IMG/VR virus record: IMGVR_UViG_3300003937_000325
Length of the DNA: 64,000 nucleotides
From: a virus
Lineage: Duplodnaviria > Caudoviricetes
Direction: 5' to 3' (one strand)
Shown one piece after another: positions 56,936 to 64,000 of the stretch (within the stretch, counting starts at the first letter, position 1; every line of letters begins with the position of its first letter). Below the pieces are notes generated by a model. That model did not search any database and had not been told where the DNA came from. It saw nothing but the letters and a program-made list of their open reading frames with translations. The translations under genes and the position numbers were made by a program.

Positions 56936-57534
56936 TATCTAAAAGTTTTTCCCGTTACATTTAAAGTTATTGTACGTTTTACGCCTGAAAGTATAGGTGT
57001 GGTTCTTTGTAGTAAGTAAGATGGGAATATGACCACATCGCCGACACTAAACTTAGGTCGTAATATTTCATAACCACAATTAAACTCAGTATCCCCACCA
57101 TTATATTCTTCTTTAAGAGATAAATGTAGAGTTACTGATAATTTATTAGTATTTGAATTTACTATATCAGAATACCATAAGTAATGACCACTATTATCTG
57201 TATAGGTGTTATACTCCATAAATTGATTAATACCATCCACATTAAAATTCCAACCCATTTCCTGATTAGCACTAACAGATAAATCATAAATTTTATCATA
57301 AATCCATGAAGTCTCATCATTTATTGGTAAGTAACTAACGCTATTTCTTCTTTTCGTATCGACAGAAATATCGGAATAATCCAATTCGTTAATTTCTGAA
57401 TCTAATTTTTCACATATTAATATTATATCATTAATTTCTTTATCATTAAATATTTCTTTATAATAGTAGTAATTTAACATATCGGGGATAGTATCAATAG
57501 TTTCGGTTTTGGCGGTAAAATTTGTTTTAGACAT
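56935..57534 (-). CDS. PKHD-type 2OG-Fe(II) oxygenase homologue with degenerate iron ligands
   Basis: HYLWYSD (normally WHxD), YNGGD, FPSYLLQRTTP (normally HRVTP). Confidence 0.7.
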   Translation of the reverse strand: MSKTNFTAKTETIDTIPDMLNYYYYKEIFNDKEINDIILICEKLDSEINELDYSDISVDTKRRNSVSYLPINDETSWIYDKIYDLSVSANQEMGWNFNVDGINQFMEYNTYTDNSGHYLWYSDIVNSNTNKLSVTLHLSLKEEYNGGDTEFNCGYEILRPKFSVGDVVIFPSYLLQRTTPILSGVKRTITLNVTGKTFR

Positions 57535-57584
57535 AGATTTCTATTATATTATTATTATCTTTATAAAATAAAAGTAAGTGACCT

Positions 57585-57779
57585 ATGACAGATATCAATA
57601 TAAGTAATTATTATTTTAAAGCCGAAAATGTTTTATTTTCATGTACTAACCTATCTCAAGTAAAAAATTCATTAAACTATATTAAACTTTATTATAAGTT
57701 AACGGGAGATTATTGTGGGTACACAATTTTAGTTAGAAAGTATCATAAACTACTAAATGAGTTAACTACGAATGATTAA
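57585..57779 (+). CDS. Hypothetical protein
   Basis: 64-aa ORF overlapping the start of the next gene. Confidence 0.55.
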   Translation: MTDINISNYYFKAENVLFSCTNLSQVKNSLNYIKLYYKLTGDYCGYTILVRKYHKLLNELTTND

Positions 57780-59457
57780 TCAAAAAATAATTGATAGTTT
57801 TTTATTTTATAATGAATTAGATTTACTAGAATTAAGACTTGAAGAGTTGTATGACCATGTTGACTTATTTTTAATTGTAGAGTCAACTAAAACTTTTACG
57901 GGAAAGGATAAACCATTATATTTTAAAGAGAATATTAATCGTTTTTCAAAGTGGAAAGATAAGATAAAACATTATATTGTTAAAGATACTCCAACAATAG
58001 TTAGTGAAAATATAATACAATCCCACACCACTATTGATTCTCAAAAAACTATAGAGTTCTATCGAGAGTCACACCAAAGAAACTCTATAGGTTTAGCACT
58101 AAAAGAATTAAAACTTAATTTTGAAGACATTATCATAGTTTCCGATGTTGATGAATTTCCTAATCATAAAATTTTTAACAAATTATCTGATGATTTACCA
58201 TATGGTCCTGTAATTTTTAAACAAAAATGGTTAGTATGGAATACTAAATTAGAAAAAATGCATTACTGGTTAGGTTCTACCGCTTTTTATTACTCTCATT
58301 ATATATCAAATAATAAAATATTTCAAAAAATTAGAGATGATAGATGGTCAGAGTATGAAGACACCCGTTTCACAATTAAAGAGAATGGGGGGTTCCATTT
58401 CTCTTGGTTTGGGGATTTTAATTTTATAAGACAGAAATTAAATGCTTTCTCACACACCGAACTATTGACTGAATTTTGGGACGATGATAATAACATCACT
58501 AACTTAATTAAAGACATGTACGCGTCGAATGGTATAGATAAAGATGGTACTACCGGTAAACTAAAACCTTTTACTCAAGATAATTATGATTTACCTAAAA
58601 TATGGGATAAGATTAAAAACACAGAAATTAACATTAAACAACCAAAAATTTACGATTGTTTTTTATTTGACCATGAATTAGATATGTTAAATTTGAGGTT
58701 ACATGAGATGAATAACTATGTTGACCATTTCATATTAATCGAATCTAGAAATAGTCATACAGGTAAAGATAAAGAGTTATTTTTTCAAAAACATAAAGGT
58801 TTATTTTCTAAATTTTTACACAAAATTGAACATGTAGTGATTGATTTACCAAATGAAATTTTATATGAACCTCACCCATTAGGTGTAAATGACGAGGATA
58901 ATCTCAATAAATTTAGAGAAAACTATAATAGAAACGCAATAAAAGATACTTTAGAAAGAATAATACCTAACGATGATGATGTAATATTAATCTCAGATGT
59001 GGATGAAATATGGGACAATGACATACTGAGTAGACTTAAAAATAATCAAGTAACTTTTGACACTTTTAAAACTATACTTCAAAGATGGCACTATTGGAAT
59101 TTTAAATGGGATTTTGAAAATATGTTTTGGCCAGGACCCGCCTTTTGTAGATGGTCTTATTTAAAGAGTACAACACCACAAAAAATAAGAAATGTTAGGT
59201 ATGAACAAGAAACACATCTTAATGATATTAATGGGTGGCATTTATCATGGTTTGGTAATGTTGAATGTAATATGCATAAATTAAGAAATACCCATCACCA
59301 AGAATTAAATATACATGATAAAGAATCAGTACGTAATATGATTAATAATGGTTATCTATTTGATGGTGAAAAAATGGTTAGTTTAGAATGGGACTACTAC
59401 CCAAAATATAGACATTTGATTGAAGATGGTAAGTTATATAAAAATATTCATGAATAA
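57772..59457 (+). CDS. Tandem duplicated GT17 (MGAT3-like beta-1,4-GlcNAc transferase) domains
   Basis: Two repeats of D.FLF.NELD.L.LRL.E...VD.F..ES...SDVDE...GWH[FL]SWFG. Confidence 0.82.
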   Translation: MINQKIIDSFLFYNELDLLELRLEELYDHVDLFLIVESTKTFTGKDKPLYFKENINRFSKWKDKIKHYIVKDTPTIVSENIIQSHTTIDSQKTIEFYRESHQRNSIGLALKELKLNFEDIIIVSDVDEFPNHKIFNKLSDDLPYGPVIFKQKWLVWNTKLEKMHYWLGSTAFYYSHYISNNKIFQKIRDDRWSEYEDTRFTIKENGGFHFSWFGDFNFIRQKLNAFSHTELLTEFWDDDNNITNLIKDMYASNGIDKDGTTGKLKPFTQDNYDLPKIWDKIKNTEINIKQPKIYDCFLFDHELDMLNLRLHEMNNYVDHFILIESRNSHTGKDKELFFQKHKGLFSKFLHKIEHVVIDLPNEILYEPHPLGVNDEDNLNKFRENYNRNAIKDTLERIIPNDDDVILISDVDEIWDNDILSRLKNNQVTFDTFKTILQRWHYWNFKWDFENMFWPGPAFCRWSYLKSTTPQKIRNVRYEQETHLNDINGWHLSWFGNVECNMHKLRNTHHQELNIHDKESVRNMINNGYLFDGEKMVSLEWDYYPKYRHLIEDGKLYKNIHE

Positions 59458-59459
59458 AA

Positions 59460-59483
59460 AAAGGACGGTTAAAACCGTCCTTT
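59460..59483. terminator. Bidirectional terminator
   Basis: AAAGGACGGT-TAAA-ACCGTCCTTT. Confidence 0.8.
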
Positions 59484-59515
59484 AATAATTTTCGAATAGA
59501 ACCGAAAGTTATTTA

Positions 59516-60352
59516 TTAATTAAATTTATTAAATCTATTAAACATTTCTCTTATTGTTTTTCTATCCTTATCAAACGACTCATGTAAGTCCTCATCAACT
59601 TCTTCGTACATAGAACCACATTCCACACATTCACCTTCATCAAGTTCAGAACCACACTGTTCACAAGTATCACACTCTTCACCCATCTCTTTTGATAATG
59701 AAAAAATCTTACCAATAGGTTTATCCATTTTAGCTACGGTTACTAAACTTTCGTCAGTCTCACCACAACCCTCACACATTTCTTCATCTATTGTCTTTGA
59801 GTCTGTTTCAACAAAACCTATTGACATGTTGGTAACTTGTTCACCATATACATCAGCATCACCACCCTGTGAATCAAACTCATACGCGGAATCTTCATCA
59901 TTAAATTTTTCTTTTCCGTCCATGTGAGTATCCATCATACTCTCCTCATCATGATATTCTGCGGGTGACATATCACCACCAAACATTTTCATTATGGAAT
60001 CAATATCTAAACCATATGAATCATCAGAATAAGAACCATCAAATTGTTCAGGTCCACCTGAATCATAATCGTAAGCTGAATCCACATTAGATAAATCCAT
60101 GTCGTCAGCCTCCATTTCGTTAGTTTCTTTTTTTGATTTTACCTTCGATTCATTCACATTATGATTACGATAAGTTTTTACGTTACCTTGATTATCAACA
60201 GTGATACCCCCATCGTCTTTAATACTATTATCAACCGTTAATGGTTGTAAATTACTTGGTACGTTACCTGTGGCATAACCATTATAAAATGATGAATGAT
60301 TTTGAAGAATAGAATTTCTTTCTTCGTCTGATATTGTCATATAATTTCTCAT
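59516..60352 (-). CDS. Acidic late protein with CxxC motifs
   Basis: MCEGCG, CDTCEQCG and ECVECG; late motif upstream. Confidence 0.7.
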   Translation of the reverse strand: MRNYMTISDEERNSILQNHSSFYNGYATGNVPSNLQPLTVDNSIKDDGGITVDNQGNVKTYRNHNVNESKVKSKKETNEMEADDMDLSNVDSAYDYDSGGPEQFDGSYSDDSYGLDIDSIMKMFGGDMSPAEYHDEESMMDTHMDGKEKFNDEDSAYEFDSQGGDADVYGEQVTNMSIGFVETDSKTIDEEMCEGCGETDESLVTVAKMDKPIGKIFSLSKEMGEECDTCEQCGSELDEGECVECGSMYEEVDEDLHESFDKDRKTIREMFNRFNKFN

Positions 60353-60439
60353 AATCTTTGTTTTTACTATAAATATGTTGATATATTCATTTCTCGTTTG
60401 ACATAGTAAACGGATTAAGTTATATTTTAAATAAAAACT

Positions 60440-60697
60440 ATGAATAGAGAAGAAATAGATGAAATTGCTGAAGGAGCAATTGTTATGGATGGATTTGATG
60501 ATTGTATCGTTGGAGTTAGCGAAGAATTTGGTCGTGGAACAAGAATTGTGTATTCAAAACAACGTATAATTCAAAAAATGGTAAAAACTGACCTTATGAC
60601 TGAGGAAGAGGCCGATGAATATTTTTATTTTAATATGGTAGGTGGTCATTTCGGTGAAAGAAACCCAATTTTCTTAACTACTTCTATGGCAGTTTAA
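60440..60697 (+). CDS. Hypothetical phage protein
   Basis: GFDDCIVG...EEADEYFYFN..GG.FGERNPIF; TTTG-N19-TATATTTT upstream. Confidence 0.75.
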   Translation: MNREEIDEIAEGAIVMDGFDDCIVGVSEEFGRGTRIVYSKQRIIQKMVKTDLMTEEEADEYFYFNMVGGHFGERNPIFLTTSMAV

Positions 60698-60708
60698 TAT
60701 TTTATCCG

Positions 60709-60716
60709 TATATTTG
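60709..60716 (+). promoter_or_regulatory. Bacteroidota sigma70 -7 element
   Basis: TATATTTG upstream of ORF 60738. Confidence 0.6.
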
Positions 60717-60737
60717 TTTTAACGAAAAAAACACAAT

Positions 60738-61130
60738 ATGTCAGATTTTATAGAACAATTTAAAGCAGATAAAGGGGTGAGGGACTTAATTAAGAGAAAA
60801 GTCTTAACCTCACAAGATTTAAGAGCATCTTGGAGATATGACTCCCACGACTTGAATTTCAGAATTACTCACATTAAGAGACACAGTGAATGGAGTACCT
60901 CATTATTTGTTAATGTTGCGGTTTCTGGTGGATTGAAAGGTTGGGGTTGGAGAACTGATGAAAATGGTCTATGTAATATTAATAATACTCGTGACTTTCG
61001 TAGTGCCATCTCAAGAAATCGTGAGATTAGACGTTTTGTTGAAAAGTCGGTAGCACATGAACTTAAACTTTTTGGGATTAAATCGTGGGAGGTTAATATT
61101 GGTAAATTAAATATTAAAGAATCTATTTAA
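60738..61130 (+). CDS. Hypothetical protein
   Basis: 130-aa ORF after TATATTTG. Confidence 0.7.
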   Translation: MSDFIEQFKADKGVRDLIKRKVLTSQDLRASWRYDSHDLNFRITHIKRHSEWSTSLFVNVAVSGGLKGWGWRTDENGLCNINNTRDFRSAISRNREIRRFVEKSVAHELKLFGIKSWEVNIGKLNIKESI

Positions 61131-61766
61131 TTATCTACCGAACATCATCATATAGTATTTAAGAGCCTTACTAGTTAGGGTTCTTATTTTTTTCTCTAAA
61201 TTTCTATTCGAATAGTCATCGGTCCCTTCGTCTTCAACCATTTTCATAGCCATTCTAATAAATTCATCTCTTGTTTGTTGAGACATCTTCATTAACTCCT
61301 CAACCATGTCTTCATCATATTCTCTACCTGACTTCATTTCTTCAAATTCAATAAATTTTTGAAGATATTTTGGTCCAGAGACTAAAAATTGACCTGATTC
61401 GAACATATTAACTAAACCTGACTCCCTAATCTTACTTAAAAAGTCAAAGAATATTTTTTCATTAGAATACTTAAAAATTTCTTTAAGACTTATTAGGTTA
61501 TCTAAATTTGGGTTATTATGAGCTTCTTTGATATTTGTTTTTAAATCTCTCTCCATCATCCATATGTCCTCTGAAGACACTAAAGATAATGATGAACCAT
61601 TTTCCCATTTAACTGAAATTATCTCCTCACCCTCATCAAACGGGTCTTTAGTGACGTTATTTACCACACCTTTAGTACCACCAGGAACTGGTGAATATGG
61701 GTCTTTCATATAAATTAAAATTATATTATCACCTTCCTTTACACTTGGGTTTACATCTTTAGCCAT
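61131..61766 (-). CDS. DUF4314-like domain fused to a DUF5049-like domain
   Basis: VKEGD.I.LIYMKDPY.PV..GTKG...VKWENGSSLSLV; then IRESGLVNMFE. Confidence 0.6.
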   Translation of the reverse strand: MAKDVNPSVKEGDNIILIYMKDPYSPVPGGTKGVVNNVTKDPFDEGEEIISVKWENGSSLSLVSSEDIWMMERDLKTNIKEAHNNPNLDNLISLKEIFKYSNEKIFFDFLSKIRESGLVNMFESGQFLVSGPKYLQKFIEFEEMKSGREYDEDMVEELMKMSQQTRDEFIRMAMKMVEDEGTDDYSNRNLEKKIRTLTSKALKYYMMMFGR

Positions 61767-61839
61767 TTAAAGTCTTTTAAAATAAATATAACGTATAACA
61801 GTTTAGTATTAGTGACATATTTATAATAAAACATTACAA

Positions 61840-62469
61840 GTGAAAGTTTTAGTTACAGAAGAACAATATCAAGTATTATTAAACGAGAGAATCGGAGAAC
61901 AAGTAACGTCTACCTTAAAAAGGTTAGATAAATTACTTAAAAAAATAATTACAGACGTAAAACAACAATTTGGTATTAGTACTAAATTCGCCCTGACTTA
62001 CGGAGCAGGTATCGGTGCACTTATGGAGCCTGTTGAAAAATACCTTAATGGTCAGTTTACAGGTTTAGAATCTTGGCAGGTATCCTCATTGGTTATTGCC
62101 GCAATATCTATCGTTTATTTTGAAGGTAAAGAGTACGATAAACTCAGAAAAGATATTGAACAACAAGGTTTAGATGATGAATTAAAGTCTGCGGTTAGTA
62201 AAACTCAACAACTTAAAGATAAATTTAGTGCAATGTTAAGCGTTCTTGGTATTAGTGTGTATAGAGGTGGAGATATATTAGCATACACTTTTTTATTACC
62301 TATTTTAGGTATGATTATTAATGTCGCAAATACCTTTGGTTTTGATTCTGTAGAAATGGCAACATTAACAACATCATTAGTTCATTCAGGTCTTATAACT
62401 GTTTCGTCAGTAGTCTTTAGAGACGTAATGCAGAAAATTGCTAGTAAGTTATCTAGTCGACATCGATAA
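61840..62469 (+). CDS. Membrane-helix protein with leader MKVLVTEEQY...LLNE
   Basis: GTG start; several hydrophobic segments; late motif upstream. Confidence 0.7.
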   Translation: MKVLVTEEQYQVLLNERIGEQVTSTLKRLDKLLKKIITDVKQQFGISTKFALTYGAGIGALMEPVEKYLNGQFTGLESWQVSSLVIAAISIVYFEGKEYDKLRKDIEQQGLDDELKSAVSKTQQLKDKFSAMLSVLGISVYRGGDILAYTFLLPILGMIINVANTFGFDSVEMATLTTSLVHSGLITVSSVVFRDVMQKIASKLSSRHR

Positions 62470-62785
62470 AATTAAAATCTTTATCGACCTCATAGTAGTG
62501 TACACTCATTGAGTAGTATAGGTCTTTAACTTTATTTTTTTCTCTTAGTTTACCAATCTGTTTTCTTTTGTCAGATTCACCCATCATTATACCGATAACT
62601 TTTTTACCTTTTGGTGGTTTATATTCAGTCGGTAAACTAACAGTGACTGGTACTGGTTTAATAAAATCTAAAATACTATTAATTAATTTTGTTTTTGTAC
62701 CTGTACGGTGAAGAGAGTACTCTTTACAGATTAGTTTAATTTCAACTAATGATAACTTCTTTAAATTTTCTCGCGTGTGTTCCAT
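62453..62785 (-). CDS. SAP/HeH-like DNA-binding domain protein
   Basis: LKKLSLVEIKLICKEYSLHRTGTKTKLINSI. Confidence 0.6.
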   Translation of the reverse strand: MEHTRENLKKLSLVEIKLICKEYSLHRTGTKTKLINSILDFIKPVPVTVSLPTEYKPPKGKKVIGIMMGESDKRKQIGKLREKNKVKDLYYSMSVHYYEVDKDFNFIDVD

Positions 62786-62789
62786 ATAA

Positions 62790-62797
62790 CAAAGATA
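62790..62797 (-). promoter_or_regulatory. Bacteroidota sigma70 -7 element
   Basis: TATCTTTG (minus strand) upstream of ORF 62785. Confidence 0.55.
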
Positions 62798-62832
62798 CGG
62801 ATTTTATCTTAATAAAAAAAATGCAATATAAT

Positions 62833-63300
62833 TTAATCGGGAATATGTACTATATTTTTTACACTAAACCAATTATATTCGAAACCATATTTTGCTTTAG
62901 CATTATATTCATCATTGTGATTAGTCCAATCAAAACTACATGAACTTAAAAAACCAACCATATCATCACCCTCATCATCGGAGGTTTTAGTTACAAATTC
63001 CATATTTTCATTTAAGTGATAATCACCAAATGTATTTATCACTGCGGATAAAATTTTATCTAATTCTTTACATAATGGTCCGTGGTCTGGGTCATCTACC
63101 ATGAAAGGAATTTCAACTTCAAAATAAACTGTACCGTTTTGATTAGCACCATATATTTTAGTTATTAAATTTGTCGCTTTTAATTTCCTAAGTAGTGGGG
63201 ATTTACTTTCAACTACGTACAATAGTATTTGTACGGCTCTTCTAGCTACACCTCTAAATTCTTCTTCACTTTTAAATTCCATATCTTTTTTCGTATTCAT
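62833..63300 (-). CDS. Hypothetical protein
   Basis: 155-aa ORF. Confidence 0.7.
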   Translation of the reverse strand: MNTKKDMEFKSEEEFRGVARRAVQILLYVVESKSPLLRKLKATNLITKIYGANQNGTVYFEVEIPFMVDDPDHGPLCKELDKILSAVINTFGDYHLNENMEFVTKTSDDEGDDMVGFLSSCSFDWTNHNDEYNAKAKYGFEYNWFSVKNIVHIPD

Positions 63301-64000
63301 CAGATAAGAAAGAGATTAACTCTAACGAATCTTTATCATTTAGTTGATGTGCGTACTGACTTCTTTTAAACCAATCACCTATAACTTGTTTAATTGGTTG
63401 ATTACGAAGTTTAGCGACTCTTATAATACCTTTAAGTTCTGCAGGTATTTCGTGACTTTGTTTATAATACTCTTTACCTGTTGGGTCTTCATCCCCCTCT
63501 TCTTTAAAATGTATTTCATTATCAGGTCTCATATAATTTTCTTGAAATATATGTTCTATTTCGTGAGCAACTACGTCATTTATATCTGCAATTAAATCGT
63601 ACATAAGTGAAGGGTAATGTTCAGGATTAATAATTATTAGTACTGAAATTGTATCTCCGTCAGACATTAATGCCCCATTAATCATGTAGGGTTCTTTTAT
63701 ACTATAATCGGCATTGTAAGTTAATTCTATGGAGAATGACGGTATATTGTACGACCTACTTATGTTTAACTTTTTAAAGTCATTATCAAAGTCATATTCA
63801 ATTTCATTCGTTTCAGTGATGTCTTCAGGTAAAAAGTATTCACCATAATTTTCACTTTTAACAATATTTGTTATGTCTCTAACTATACGTCTAATTGGTT
63901 CATTAATACCCTTAGCCTCATTTATGATGTTAGACTCATTGATAGATTCTTTAACAGTTAATAGTAACTCATTTGTAATAGTTTCGGGATTTTCGTCTTC
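63272..64000 (-). CDS. HExxH zincin-like protein, 5'-truncated at the window end
   Basis: Frame is open from 64000 (EDENPETITNELLLTVKESINESNIINEAKG...) into track ORF 63272..63685; VVAHEIEHIFQ...SHEIPAE. Confidence 0.75.
   Translation of the reverse strand, partial: EDENPETITNELLLTVKESINESNIINEAKGINEPIRRIVRDITNIVKSENYGEYFLPEDITETNEIEYDFDNDFKKLNISRSYNIPSFSIELTYNADYSIKEPYMINGALMSDGDTISVLIIINPEHYPSLMYDLIADINDVVAHEIEHIFQENYMRPDNEIHFKEEGDEDPTGKEYYKQSHEIPAELKGIIRVAKLRNQPIKQVIGDWFKRSQYAHQLNDKDSLELISFLSDEYEKRYGI

Noticed and set aside
1-64000. Stop-codon reassignment as seen in some huge phages
   Set aside because: Core genes (capsid, portal, terminase, ClpC) are full length in the standard code and coding density is high.

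Overview
This 64 kb window comes from an AT-rich, T4-like huge (jumbo) phage genome read in the standard genetic code. The host is very probably Bacteroidota. Support: TAnnTTTG promoters, a Bacteroidota-type bS21, a DUF4494-like gene, no Shine-Dalgarno motifs seen, and a signal peptide with Gln at +1. Layout: (1) 1-12.1 kb, a glycan-synthesis island plus phoH; (2) 12.1-18.8 kb, a gp55-like late sigma factor and baseplate/virion genes; (3) 21.9-36 kb, the head module (major capsid, scaffold, prohead protease, portal, large terminase) with rpsU inverted inside it; (4) 36-46 kb, a nucleotidyltransferase, KTSC protein, UVR-domain protein, N-domain-less ClpC, M28-like peptidase and a tmRNA; (5) 46-64 kb, late-expressed proteins of unknown function, 2OG-Fe(II) oxygenases and more glycosyltransferases. 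Three patterns go beyond the gene list. (a) Many unrelated late proteins share N-terminal leaders ending in [ILV]-x-E, the prohead-protease consensus, suggesting a modular head-loading and processing system for diverse cargo. (b) A TATTTAT late motif, the reverse complement of the T4 late promoter core, sits upstream of about 20 genes, sometimes only 4-6 nt from the ATG. (c) A sigma54 -24/-12 promoter with paired TGACA-N3-TG(T/A)CA boxes lies between the UVR-domain gene and clpC. All family assignments are from motif recognition by eye; no database search was run.
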